Positions 12,025-24,006 of a stretch of DNA of 64,000 nucleotides are shown piece by piece. The position numbers and the translations under genes are program-made. Source of the stretch: Octopus sinensis (lineage: Eukaryota); NCBI RefSeq assembly GCF_006345805.1, contig NC_043006.1:69936001-70000000 (forward strand). The letters run 5' to 3'. Every line of letters starts with the position of its first letter. Position 1 is the first letter of the stretch. The notes below the pieces were generated by a model. It was not told the DNA's origin. It did no database searches and saw only the letters and a list, made by a program, of their open reading frames with translations.

Positions 12025-12060
12025 TATAACAAACACCATCATCATCGTCGTCTTCATTTT
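11935..12060. repeat. (TAT)n(CAT)n microsatellite
   Basis: Directly visible. Confidence 0.95.
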
Positions 12061-12069
12061 ATTGATTAT

Positions 12070-12477
12070 TGAGCTGGCAGAAACGTTAGCAAGCCGGGCA
12101 AAATGCTTAGCAGTATTTCGTCTGCCACTACGTTCTGAGTTCAAATCCTGCCGAGGTCGACTTCGCCTTTCATCCTTCCGGGGTCGATTAAATAAGTACC
12201 AGTTACGCACTGGAGTCGATATAATCGACTTGATCCGTTTGTCTGTCCTTGTTTGTCCTCTCTGTGATTAGCCCCTTGTGGGGAGTAAAGAAATAGGTAT
12301 TTCGTCTACCGTTACGTTCTGAGTTCGAATTCTGTCGAGGTCAACTTTGCCTTTCATCCTTTTGGGGTCGATTAAATAAGTACCAGTTAATCATTGTAGT
12401 CTATATAATTGACTTAATCCCCTTGTCTATCCTTGTTTGTCCTCTCTCTCTTTAGCCCCCTGTGGGCAATAAAGAAA
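12070..12477 (+). mobile_element. SINE A dimer (headed unit plus headless unit)
   Basis: Unit 1 at 12070-12294; junction AAAGAAAT|AGGTATTTCG; unit 2 ends GGGCAATAAAGAAA. Confidence 0.95.
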
Positions 12478-12479
12478 TA

Positions 12480-12698
12480 TATTACTATTATTATTATTAT
12501 TATTGTTGTTGTTGTTGTTGATGTTGTTGTTATTGTTGTTGTTTTTGTTATTGTTGTTATTTTCATTATTATTATTATTACTACTACTACTACTACTACC
12601 ACTACTAACACTACTACTAATAATAAACCGCTGGTAATGTTAAAAGTAATTCTACAACAACTACTACTACAACTTGTAGTAGTAGTAGTAGTAGTAGC

Positions 12699-12747
<49 letters not shown>

Positions 12748-12760
12748 TTGTTGTTGGTGT
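12480..12760. repeat. Compound TAT/TGT/TAC/TAG microsatellite
   Basis: Directly visible. Confidence 0.95.
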
Positions 12761-13025
12761 GAAAACTGTCTATAAATTTCCCAACAGATATATAAAGCTG
12801 TTTTTTTTTTACCTTTTAAGGAATTTGCTGCCATTGTTAAAGAACTGCAAGTAAGATGCAGTTGTGCTGCAGTTGTGTTGCAGTTCGTTATAAAGATAAT
12901 TAAGTTCACAAATTGAATCATGAGTGAGCCGTTAACACGCCAGGGACATGGCAATTATCGACCAAACTACATTATGTAATGAGAAGACAAAAAAAGAAAG
13001 AAAACCATCGTGATAATAATAACAA

Positions 13026-13053
13026 TACCTCCGCCTTCTCTAAGGCGGAGGTA
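13026..13053. repeat. Perfect 12-bp-stem hairpin
   Basis: TACCTCCGCCTT-CTCT-AAGGCGGAGGTA. Confidence 0.9.
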
Positions 13054-13329
13054 ATAATGATAACAACAGCAACAACAACAAAAACAACAACAATAATGAT
13101 AATAATAATAATACGATAATAAAGAGGATAAGGGTGGGAGGGGATAAGAGGAGGGTGGGGATGGGGAGGGAAAAGAATGGGAGGGGGAGGAAGATCTTGA
13201 TGAAGAGGAGGAGGAAGAGGAAGAGGGGGAGGGGGAAGAAGAAGAAGAGGAAGAGGAGGTGGAGGAGAAGGAAAAAAAGGAGGAAGCAGAATAAAAAGAA
13301 GTGGAGTAGGAGGATGAAGAGGAGAGTGC

Positions 13330-13475
13330 TTGGCTGGTACTTACGTCATCGACGCAGAAAGAGTGAAAGGTAACTTAGACTTCGGAGGACTTTGAATTCA
13401 GAAGGTTCAACGGAAAAAATGCCGGCCCTAATGAACGTTTTTGTCCGATGCGGCTACGATTCTGCCCGCACACCA
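13330..13475 (-). mobile_element. Old SINE A remnant
   Basis: CTGGTACTTA..ATCGAC...GAAAGGT..TTTGAATTCAGAA...GATTCTGCC resembles the SINE A reverse complement. Confidence 0.6.
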
Positions 13476-13519
13476 GCTTCATAACAAAAGCAAAATAACA
13501 ACAACAATGATAATAATAA

Positions 13520-13566
<47 letters not shown>

Positions 13567-13684
13567 GCAACAAGAAAATTTCCTTGCAATACAGCAGTTT
13601 TACACTTCAAAAGCCACAGGAAAAACGCTCACTTTGCCGTTACTTGAGTTCTCTGAGACCTGGAAAAGCTACTATAAAACAAAG

Positions 13685-13742
13685 GAATAATGATAATAAT
13701 GATGATAATGATGATAATGATGATGATGATGATGATGATGAT

Positions 13743-13788
<46 letters not shown>

Positions 13789-14035
13789 CGACGACGACGA
13801 CAACGGCGGCGGCGGCGATGATGTAGGAGGAGGAGGAGGAGGAGAAGGAGGGGGAGAAGGAGGAATAGGAGGAATAGGAAGAAGAAAAAGAAGATGAAGA
13901 AAAAGAAGAAGACGAAGAAGACGAAGAAGAAGAAGAAGAAGAAGAAGAAGAAGAAGAAGAAGAAGAAGATGAAGAAGAAGAAGAAGAAGAAGAAGAAGAA
14001 GAAGAAGAAGAAGAAGAAGAAGAGGAACAAGAAGA
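13685..14035. repeat. Compound (GAT)n/(GAC)n/(GAG)n/(GAA)n microsatellite
   Basis: Directly visible. Confidence 0.95.
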
Positions 14036-14089
14036 CTGCTTGTGTGCAGAAACCGTTAAACTACTCTTCCATAAATTATGCGTGCGTAC

Positions 14090-14125
<36 letters not shown>

Positions 14126-14170
14126 ATATAGACACACACACATACATATATAAGTATATACATACATACA

Positions 14171-14210
<40 letters not shown>

Positions 14211-14559
14211 GCATATGTATGTACGTATGTGCGCACGTGAGAGAGCAGGTGTGTATGTGTGTGTTGTGTGTGTGTGTGTGTGTGTGTGTCTGTGTGTGTG
14301 TACATACGCACAAGCATCTGTATGTATGTGTGAATGGCTGGGTGGTCGGATGGATGGGCGGGTGGGTGGCTCTTGGGTGGATGTATGGATATGCAATTAG
14401 CATTCAAGTGCAATTTGTATTCAAGTGTTATAATCTGAAATTGGCTTGCATGTGTATGTTTGCCAGTACAAATTTCTAAATAGCACACAACAACAACAAC
14501 AACAACAACAACAGCAACAGCAACAACAATATTAAAGAGCAGCTACAGCTTCACTGCAA

Positions 14560-15160
14560 TATCTTTTGTTTCCAAAATATTTGAGTATGTCTGTTTGCCT
14601 GCAGCTATGGATACCGCTTGTAGTGCATGTGTGTTTCTTGGGAGTGTGTTTGTGTGTATGTATGAGCGTGTGTATGTATGGGTATGTGCGTGTGTGTGCG
14701 TGCGTTTGTGAGACTATGTGCATATGTGTGCATCTGTCTGTGTTTGTGAGTGCGGGTGTATACGTGCTTGAGTGTCTGTCTCTGTATGTGTGTCTCTGTG
14801 TGTGTCTGTCTGCGCGTATGTATGTGTCTACGTTTCAGACACTTCTGTATATGTATCTATGCGTGTGTGTGTGTGTGTGCATGTGTTTATGTGTGCGTAT
14901 GTACGTGCCTACATTTTAGATGCTTCTCTATATGTGTCTGTGTCTGTGTGTCTGTAGTTGTGTGTGTGTGTACATGTGTTTATGTGTACATCTGTATATG
15001 TCTACACTTCAGATGCATCTCCTCTAGATATGTCGATGTGCGTATATCTAAATGTGTGCAGATACGAGTGTGAACGTGTAATTGTATGAACATGTGTGTG
15101 TTACGATGTTACTGTGTGAATTCGCTAATATGAGAATGCGTATTTGTGTGTGTAAAATAA
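14560..15160. repeat. Degenerate TG-rich low-complexity tract
   Basis: Directly visible; internal repeats of GTCTACGTTTCAGA/CCTACATTTTAGA/TCTACACTTCAGA. Confidence 0.85.
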
Positions 15161-15199
15161 TGTTTAGGTTATAAGGCCCAACCTTTACAGATTTGGCTA

Positions 15200-16278
15200 T
15201 GTCGGATGAATGAAACTAACACGACCTCCAGCGTTTTTTTGCTGATAAGAAGGTGTGGTCGCTGTTTGTCAGATTTACTTCTCTATAGCTCGTCTCTTTG
15301 ACAGACCTGCTGTCCTGAATCGAGCGTAGACCGAAGGACGGCGCCTGGCACCAAGAATACCGATAGGAACTTATATCCCTCCACCCGTCGGGCAATGCTG
15401 CCGGTGGAAATTCCACTTTGATGTTCTACAGAGTTTTTGTGACAGCCAAAATTGATGACATTTTTGGGAAAACTGGGCGTCGACTGAAAGCAACTGTCTG
15501 GTCTGTTCCATAGAACATTCGGGCTGGGGTTCCAGGATGATTTCCGGGAATTTTTGGCATACCTGTTCGAGATAAATTCTACAGGAATGGGGGTGCCGTA
15601 GCCGGGCATGTCCAAGATGCACACAGAGCGACGAGACTATCCTCCAGGTACGCGTCCAGTGCCTGAGCATTGCTGACATGTGGGTTTATGTTGAACTCTT
15701 GTTGTATCGTATATGACGGACCAAGCAATCAGCTAAGTCCATTGTGAAGATTGTCCCATCGCCTAGACTGACAGCCAGTCTTTAACTATCTGGTGGCGGT
15801 AACAAAAAACAGTTGTGTGGTGGACCAGATTGAAAAGACTTAAATCAGAGACCTTCCTAATTGATCAAGCTCTCATCAATTCTCTTCAAGTTCGATTTGA
15901 AAAGAAAAGTGAGGGTGAAGAAGGAAATTCTGCTTTCCAGTAAATTCGTTGAAAGGTGGATGAACGTGGCAAGGAAGATACGAATGAATGGGTCTGCTTT
16001 AAGCATGCGCCAATAGTTTGAAGAAGGAGAATTAGGGAAGGACACTTGATCTAGTGGTCAGCGTGGACATGGATGGTTTTGTGGGGTTTCATCGAGAAAC
16101 CCTTGAAAATCTCACGGCTTTTAGGAAAATTTTTTCGTTAGAATTTTTGTTTCCTTATATCTTGCTGTTTTACTGATTACACGCTGTCATGTAAACCCCC
16201 CAACGCACATCATATCATAATGTATCTTCCTTCACCGTCCTCGATATACTTGTAAACCCTTAGTGATTAATTATGAAA
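15200..16278 (+). mobile_element. Tx1/L1-type LINE 3' end (zf-RVT, ORF2 C-terminus, 3' UTR)
   Basis: PVRDKFYRNG..CPRCTQSDETILQ..QC; WWTRLKRLKSETF..FERWMNVARKIRMNG*; the UTR ends AAACCCTTAGTGATTAATTATGAAA. Confidence 0.8.
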
Positions 16279-16320
16279 TCCTCATCATCATCATTATCAT
16301 CATCATCATCATCGTCATTG

Positions 16321-16351
<31 letters not shown>

Positions 16352-16411
16352 AACCCTCATCATCATCATAACCATCATCATCATTATCATCTCGTATTTT
16401 CTCCTGAGACT

Positions 16412-16620
16412 GCAAGCAGACAGAATCGTTAATCCGCCAAACGAAATGCTTAGCGACATTTCTTCCTTTGCGTTCTGAGTTCCAATTTCGTCGACGTTGA
16501 CTTTGCCTTTCATCCCTTCGGGGCCAATTAAATAAGTACCAGTTGAACACTGGGGTCGAGATAATCGACTTATCTCCTCACCCAAACTTGCTGGCCTCAT
16601 GCCAAAATTTGAAACCATTA
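16412..16620 (+). mobile_element. SINE A-related subfamily with an alternative tail
   Basis: SINE A head and body followed by TTGCTGGCCTCATGCCAAAATTTGAAACC; same tail as 60537-60735. Confidence 0.85.
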
Positions 16621-16631
16621 CCTCTTAACCT

Positions 16632-16698
<67 letters not shown>

Positions 16699-17989
16699 TA
16701 TTTATAACTTCCCCATTAAATCTGCCACCCTAATCGCCCTCCCGATACCACATTCTTTGTGGTCATATACCTTGTGGCGCAGAATCATCTTGGCAATATG
16801 TTCTTTGCAATTACAGATTCTTTTGATTGTTCATCTGGTTTCAGTCACTGAGTTGTAACCTTTCTGAAGGAACATCTTCAAGTGTTAATGGCTGAAGGCA
16901 CCATGTTCAGCACTTGCAAGGAAACACTTCCGGAAAGATGAAATGCAAATATTATCCCACTCGAATTTGAACGCTGAACTTAAAGTAATATAACTAAATA
17001 ACACATTCCATCTTCTCTGGCATTCAACCGAATTTTCCACAATGGTTTCTAACAATTGAGGTAATTTTAGCATAAATGGGAGTGGGACAGCATAGATTCG
17101 ATTATATCGACCACATTATTTCACGGGTACTTTGTTTATCGATCCTAAGAAATGAAAGGTAAAATCGTCCACTTCACAAAACATCATTATGTGCTTTATC
17201 GATACAACCAATTGATGCATTTTCTCTCAATTTAGTTATCACTCCATCTAAGAAATACATGAGCGCCCCAAAATCTCAATGATATCTTTTAATTATACTA
17301 TTGATCATTCCTATAGTTCGGAAATGATCGATGAGCCGGGCTTCCGTGATCAGTATTAGTACTGAAAATTGAGATCGAGCAAGCTTTTGCTCTTTTGTTT
17401 GACGTGTGGCTTCCGTCCACGCTGAGCTTGCCTTGAGGCCCTTGTGTTACCGTTTGACAGACGCACCGTCTCCAGTCAAGCTCTCCGACCGTCACTGTTC
17501 TCGAGTAAGGGCCGCGCATTAGTAAAACATTAAGTGAAGTAAAACATCAAATAAACTACTAAATATTATTTATCTTTGAATCTTTTATACCATTGAGCAA
17601 AGAAAATTTTCACCAGTGAATAGGCTTGAAGTGGATTTCGGTGTATCATAAAATACTTTTTAACAACCGACCGACCCCCAAGGAGAAACGTGGATTTAGT
17701 AAATAACTCTTTTTTTTTATCTCTTCCATTCTTGAAAATGTTGACTATGACAAACTCTGAAAACAAAGGTTCGCAGAACTCACCAACACCAGGATCTCCA
17801 ACATTGGCAACAACACTGCAAACATAAAACATCGAAGTAATCATCAATACTGATGATTACAATACTATAGTACAATACATCCAATAACACCAAAGATCAC
17901 CAGCATTGAAAACCACAGGACTACACTCAACGATACCACAGTCATCAATATTTCCAAACACCATACACAGATGCGTACACACACACACA

Positions 17990-18362
17990 CACACACACGT
18001 ATATCTGTTGAAGACCTACACTCGCCTCTTTATGAGAGCTCAAAATCTCTCGTGGAAGCGCCATCCAACCAAAATGCAAATATATGGGAAACTACCACCT
18101 GTCTCATCTCTTGTGAAAGGTAGGAGAGTCCAGTTTGCTGGACATTGTTGTAGAGCTGAAAAAGAAGTAATTTCTACTCTTCTCCTCTGGAAGCCACCTA
18201 CTCGCAATACCAGAGGGCGCACACTCTACTACCCTGATGTAATCTCCAGGGATACAGGCATCCAGCAACAGGACCTCCGTAATGCCATGATGGACCGTGA
18301 AGTCTGGCGTAGCATGGTAAATTCCATTGTCTCGACCACGGTCGAACAATGATGATGATGTA
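17990..18362 (+). mobile_element. RTE-X-like LINE 3' end
   Basis: LSWKRHPTKMQIYGKLPPVSSLVKGRRVQFAGHCCRAEKEVISTLLLWKP...DVISRDTG..AMMDREVWR, followed by a (GAT)n tail. Confidence 0.8.
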
Positions 18363-18470
18363 GGCTGAAACGTAAAAGACTTTCTCACCCTCCCGAGCGT
18401 CAAACGAATACAGATGCTTCTTGTTTATACATCTTCGTCTTTTGTTTTCCTATAAAATTCAACTATATAT
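18362..18470 (+). mobile_element. PLE pLTR-like fragment with half a hammerhead
   Basis: GTAGGCTGAAACGTAAAAGAC...CCGAGCGT; reverse complement of the family at 21475 and 23540. Confidence 0.6.
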
Positions 18471-18545
18471 ATTTGTGTGTGTGTGTGTGTTTTAGTATAT
18501 ATATATATATATGTATGTGTATGTATGTATGTATGTATGTATATG

Positions 18546-18577
<32 letters not shown>

Positions 18578-18754
18578 TGTATGTATGTATGTATAGTTAA
18601 GGAAAGAATCGTCGTCTAAAGAATAGAGCAGTAGTTATTACAACAAAAGTTTAAACTTTCGGCATAGAATTACCAAAAGTTTCGTATCCACAAAGCCAAA
18701 GTAATAGGAAACTTTCCGTGACCCTATGTCCAAAATTATAATTTTTGTTATAAG

Positions 18755-18925
18755 CGCAGGAGTGGCTGTGTGATAAGTAGCTTGTTTACCAACCACATGG
18801 TTCTTGGTTCAGTCCCACTGCGTGGCATCTTGGGCAAGTGTCTTCTACTATAACCTCGAGCCCACCAAAGTGAGTGGATTTTGGTAGACGGAAACTGAAA
18901 GAAGTGCGTCGTTTATATGTATATA
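18755..18925 (+). mobile_element. SINE B 5' half, interrupted by a Helitron
   Basis: GCGCAGGAGTGGCTGTGTGATAAG...GACGGAAACTGAAAGAAG. Confidence 0.9.
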
Positions 18926-19561
18926 CTAGCAGTATCGCCCGGCGTTGCTCGGGTTTGTAAGGGAAATAACTATATAAGCATTTTTAGAGAGTTATAGCCA
19001 AAAAATAGCAAAAAATGCATTAAAAATGGAAAAAATATGATGGTAAATTTTTTTTTAAATCGTTGACTCATCGTAGACATTTTTAGAGAGTTACTTCCCT
19101 TATATAATAGCGAAAAAATGCATTAAAATGGAAAAAAAACGATGGTAAATTTTTTTTTAAATCGTAGACTCATGTAGACGCTTTCTTAGCCATTTCTGTT
19201 TTGGTGTCTTCAAGCCATGAAGTCGTTGTTCTAAAAGAACACTGGTCTCCTTGACAACGCATTACGACGTTGATTTCCTTACACTCCCTTCCCCACAGGT
19301 GCAGGTGTGAGCGTGGACGCCAACTCCGCCGCCATCGACACACGAAAAATTATGCATTAAAATGGAATAAAAAATGATGTTAAATTATTTTTAAATCGTA
19401 GACTCATCGTAGACGCGCGCTAATATTCAGACGGGCTCGATATGAATCACGACTATAAGCTACCCGAATTTGGTTAAACTGTACCGCAAAATGTGGGAGT
19501 AGTTAGGAATCTAAATCGAAGGGGACAGACACTCACACAACTACAGTTTTATATATATAGA
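18926..19561 (-). mobile_element. Non-autonomous Helitron family 1 (636 bp)
   Basis: Minus strand A|TCTATATAT...CCCGAGCAACGCCGGG-GATACTG-CTAG|T: 5' TC, 3' CTAG, subterminal hairpin, A^T target. Confidence 0.9.
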
Positions 19562-19629
19562 TATACATAGCGCAGTAGTGGTGAGATATGACAGCAAAGG
19601 AAAGCATACATTCACTCTCTGCATGCAAT

Positions 19630-19945
19630 TAGACTCGGAAAGTTCGTGAGGAACCCATTGACCCAATTTGCTGACTTTTCCGATAGCACACAGGTGTCAA
19701 TGAATGGTTGAATGACCAAATCCAAGCTTCTCTGCTAGTTCCTCAACAGTTACGATGATATTTTGTTCCACCAGGGTTTCAGGATGTCCTTGTCGAGTTC
19801 TACAGATCTTTCAGGATGAGGCTCGTCTTCTAGGCTGTAGTTTATGGCTCGGGATTTCTGGAACCACCATTGACACTGCCTTACGCTTATTGTCCAATCC
19901 CCATATACTGCATTAATATTTCTTGTACTTTGCACACATTTATAT
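19630..19945 (-). pseudogene. Mariner transposase N-terminal (HTH) fragment
   Basis: TRNINAVYGDWTISVRQCQWWFQK...YSLEDEPHPERSVELDKDIL, then VTVEELAEKLGFGHST-like sequence and WVPH. Confidence 0.8.
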
Positions 19946-19997
19946 TCTGTTATTCTTTTATATGTTTCAGCCTTGAGGTTGTGGCCATGCTGGATCA

Positions 19998-20028
<31 letters not shown>

Positions 20029-20246
20029 TCTATCTGTCTGTCTGTCTGTAGTATATGTATATGTATGTGTGTGAACAATAATATTTTCAATAGATGTGTT
20101 GCAAATGTATCTGATTGTTCTCAAGCTTCAATACTGTGTGTGTGTGTATGTGTGTGTGTGTATGTATGTATATGTATGTATGTATGTATATGTATGTATG
20201 TATGTGTGTATGTATGTATGTGTGTGTGTATGTATGTGTGTGTGTA

Positions 20247-20277
<31 letters not shown>

Positions 20278-20733
20278 ATGTATGTATGTATGAGTGTATG
20301 TTTACTTTATTACTAATTACTCTCTTCCAAGAACATTTTCACTCACTCTTAGCTCTTAGCTTCCCATACATTTTACTCATGTATCTATCAGCGTCATAGA
20401 CAGAATACTTTCACTTTAGTCTTCCTCAAATCACTCTGTCGCTATTTACTTTCATTTTATTCGTTGCCCACTGTGTGTGTGCGTTTGCGTGTGGTGTAAA
20501 CCAGACTAAGAAAAGCATTTGACACACACACCAGAATGTGAGTTTTCTGTAAATTTTGCTTAATTGGAGTTTAAATTTTAAAAACTGGACCTGGCATGAC
20601 GCAATGCATTGTACTCTCAAAAATGCTAGGTAAATTGTAATTGAAGAAATCCTATATTGTAGATTTGTATAACTCCCAAAGGGAGGCAGATAAAATCTGC
20701 CTTTTATAATAAGAGATATATATATATGTGTGT

Positions 20734-20764
<31 letters not shown>

Positions 20765-20769
<5 letters not shown>

Positions 20770-20965
20770 ACCCCCAACCAACATCACTTGACAACCGATG
20801 CTGATGTGTTTACGTCCCCGTAACTTCGCGGTTCGGCAAAAGGGACCGATAGACTAAGTACTAGGATTACAAGGAATAAGTCTTGGGGTCAATTTGCTCG
20901 ACTAAAGGCGCTGCTGCAGCATGGACGCAGTCAAATGACTGAAACAAGTAAAAGAGTAAAAGAGT
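20765..20965 (+). mobile_element. SINE B 3' half
   Basis: CTTGACAACCGATGCTG...CAGTCAAATGACTGAAACAAGTAAAAGAGTAAAAGAGT. Confidence 0.9.
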
Positions 20966-20974
20966 AACGAGGTG

Positions 20975-21032
<58 letters not shown>

Positions 21033-21474
21033 GCACAATTAAGTTTCAGTTTGATTAGGAACTTAAATGAGGCACCTTATTAGGTCCGAGTAACATGCAT
21101 ATTCAAAAATACTTCCTCTATTAGAAGTTTAGAAACTGGGTCATTTGGGTCAATTATATTCTCCGCCTATTATGAACTCTAATAAACCCTAAATTCTAAT
21201 TTGTTCTGACCAACTATACACTATTCTGGTAAGTTCATTCTTCCAAATGAATAGTAGCCGGATCAATGTAAATATTTTTATTCCGTGTATTTGTTAACTA
21301 TGTTGAGTAAGTAGAACTGTCGTTCATGTGTAAAAATCATGAATTCATCTGACGAAAGCGGTTTCTTTGCAATGATGCAATGTTCTCATTAATTAATTAA
21401 AGGATTCTTTAGAAACAGCCGTAATGAATTAAAACCTGTAACCCTTTCCTACTCACTTATATATATATATATAT

Positions 21475-21650
21475 AGGGAGAGTTTACGAAAAAAAAAAAA
21501 GACGAAGACAGGTGGTGTACAAAACAAATAGATGTATAACGCTCAGGAATAGAAAAATTCTTTTACATTTCGAGCCTACGCTCTTCTACAGAAAGGGACA
21601 CAGAAAAAAACAAGGAGAGAAAAAATGTGTATAGTGGCTAACGAGCTGTC
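21475..21650 (-). mobile_element. PLE pLTR-like fragment with a variant hammerhead (21560-21595)
   Basis: Minus strand CTTT-CTGTAGA-A-GAG(CGTAGG)CTC-GAAATGT-A-AAAG. Confidence 0.6.
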
Positions 21651-21654
21651 ATAT

Positions 21655-21830
21655 ACACGAGAGGGTGTGTGGATTTGGGTAAAAGAAAATACATGAGGAG
21701 CAGTTAATCATGATTTTATTCAACATATTCCACTCTCAGATTCATGCGCTCGCTTCAGCGGTCCTTCAGTTTTTCTTCAGCCCTCTAAAAGAACTCGGAA
21801 AATTGGATTGGTCTTTTAGCCAGGAACGTT
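21655..21830 (-). pseudogene. Mariner transposase 3' end fragment
   Basis: GLKKLKDR*SERMNLRVEYVE*, followed by a degenerate TIR. Confidence 0.65.
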
Positions 21831-21889
21831 CCTTGTATGTGTGCGTGCGCGCGCGCGCGTGTGTGTATAATACAAAATGGGAGAAGAAC

Positions 21890-22215
21890 GTAAAACATCC
21901 GGACACTTAGGTGATACAAAAATGGGACAACAAAACATCCAGATTGATGATACAAAGAAAACAAGGACGGATCATTCGAAGTTTTCTTTCCTCAGACAAG
22001 TGCCAGATTATCTTCGCAATTTCGGCTGATTATACTTGAGATTGTTCCAATCTGGCCAACCCCAAGGAAAGACTAAGCTAAAAGCATTAGATTCCTTGGA
22101 AGAAAGCAACGAATGTATACAAAAATAAGGACGGGGAAAAACGGATAATGTTACACAGATACAATAAAAATAATAACAGGAAGTAACAACAGGTGTCTTT
22201 CGACTAAGGACAAAT
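21890..22215. repeat. Dispersed repeat, probably PLE-derived; diverged relative at 63480-63800
   Basis: Shared ACGG(A/G)TCATTC.AAG...TTCGGCTG..TA..TGAGAT segments. Confidence 0.55.
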
Positions 22216-22311
22216 TGAATTTAGCTGGCGTGTGTGGAAATGAAGCCTTACGACAGGGATACACGATTTCACAACACAGGAGGGTATATCGTTGTTGCAC
22301 GGACAACGGCC

Positions 22312-22371
<60 letters not shown>

Positions 22372-22374
<3 letters not shown>

Positions 22375-22572
22375 GTTAATCCAAACAAGAAGCACAAAAA
22401 AACACAACAACGCGAGGACGTGGAGCAAATATAGTATTATTGGACGCTCAGGAAAGAAGGAAAGAAGGAGGGTTTAACGTTTCGAGCGGAGCTCTTCATC
22501 GGAAACATAGGAGAAGGAAAGATCCAGAGAAGGGAAGACAGAGGGAAAAAAATCGCCAACGGTACACATGCG
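22372..22572 (-). mobile_element. PLE pLTR-like fragment with a hammerhead-like motif (22472-22506)
   Basis: Minus strand GTTT-CCGATGA-A-GAG(CTCCG)CTC-GAAACGT-T-AAAC. Confidence 0.6.
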
Positions 22573-22574
22573 GA

Positions 22575-22850
22575 ACAAAGTGGAGTTGTAGGGTACCGCA
22601 CGAGTAGAATTATATACGAAAGAAGGTTTGAAAATACAATTTTAAAAGATGTTTATTTACTTTACCGGTTTCTCTCTTTGGAAAAAGATTGTCAAAAGTA
22701 ACATGCAAAAGTTTGGTTGTGTTACTTATTGGTTGTTACAAAATGCTACAATACATATATACAGTCTTTGGTAAAAGAATATGTTAAGGACATAAAAAGT
22801 TTAACAAGTTCCTTAAAATATTGGGCACAAGATTACAACATAAATATATA
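22575..22850 (-). mobile_element. Third copy of the 3634-4225 family with a U3-A8 hammerhead (22657-22701)
   Basis: Minus strand TTACTT-TTGACAA-TCTTTT(TCCA)AAGAGA-GAAACCGGT-A-AAGTAA. Confidence 0.7.
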
Positions 22851-22852
22851 TA

Positions 22853-22895
<43 letters not shown>

Positions 22896-23539
22896 GATAT
22901 ATATATATATACAGAGAGAGAGAGAGACAGAGGGAGATGCATGCGTATGTTTGTTTTTTTCCTCGTTTGTCATATGTGTGTTTCGTGTATGTATGTGTGT
23001 GTGTCTTTGTCTGTATTTTGTGTGTCTATATGCAGTTGTGTGTGTGCGACAGTGACAGACAGAAAGAGAGTGTAGATCTGTGTTTGTTGATGTATGGCTC
23101 TCTATGGAGATGGTGTCAATATGTACGAAATCAAATGATAATTCAAATCAAAAACAAGACATTCGCCGCAGACGTAAATAAATGAATATACACACACCTA
23201 CACACACACACACACAAACATCCATATGTGTGTGCACATGCATGTGTGAGTATGTATGTGTATGAAAGGACGAACTCCTGTCATTTGATAAACATCAGTA
23301 TCGATTTCACATGCATCTGGGAATTTAATACAATATCAATATATTTTCAATCGTAAATTTCTATATTTCGTCTCAGTTAAAATTAGGTCTGCGAGAGACC
23401 TTCAAGGATTTTCATGAATAAGATGTATACATGAATGACTGGATGGGTGTGTGGGTGTATGCCTGTAGGTAGGTGTGTATATATATATATGTTTTTATTT
23501 ATGTGTACACGCTTGTAAATGTATGTGTGTGTGTGTGTG

Positions 23540-23735
23540 TATAGGGAGAATTCACAAAAAAAAAACAAAAGATGACGACAGATGATGTAGACAACAAATA
23601 CATGTATTAGTATAAAGCTCGGGAAATAAAAATGTGTTTAACGTTTCGAGCCTACGCTCTTCCACAGAAAGGAACACAGAAAGAATAAGGAGAGAAAATA
23701 AAGAATGTGTAGTGGCTAGCGATCTATCATAGCGT
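23540..23735 (-). mobile_element. PLE pLTR-like fragment with a variant hammerhead (23636-23671)
   Basis: Direct repeat of 21475-21650; core CTGTGGA-A-GAG(CGTAGG)CTC-GAAACGT-T. Confidence 0.6.
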
Positions 23736-23916
23736 ATATATATCTATATATATATATATATATATAATCTATATATACACACATATATGTATATATATAT
23801 AATATAATATATAATATATATTATATATATATATATATATATTTCTATATATATAAAACATTATTGGTGAATTGAAGAAATGGAGCTGAACGCAGATTGA
23901 ACAGAAATCGTTTTTA

Positions 23917-24006
23917 TTTCATTCTACACGTGTTTCGAAAGGCACAAATTACCAAAATCCGATTGAATAATGGGACCATATTGTGTCTTTCTCTTCAGGA
24001 AGAAAA
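23917..24006 (-). ncRNA. Type I hammerhead ribozyme, canonical core
   Basis: CTGAAGA (23998-23992), stem II GAAAG/CTTTC plus CACAA/TTGTG, GAAA, palindrome ACACGTGT, GUA site, stem I TTC/GAA extended. Confidence 0.75.

Noticed and set aside
17566-17847. 93-aa minus ORF and a short plus-strand MLTMTNSENK.. frame
   Set aside because: There is no recognisable domain or splice evidence; it may be a TE 5' relic.
20420-20716. Helitron-like 5' end (A|TCTCTTATTATAAAAGGCAG on the minus strand)
   Set aside because: No matching hairpin plus CTAG 3' end was found, so element boundaries cannot be supported.
21965-22000. CTGAGGA-AAG(AAAA)CTT-CGAATGA motif (relative near 63520-63555)
   Set aside because: It lacks GAAA (A15.1) and has no convincing stem I or stem III, so it was not counted as a hammerhead.
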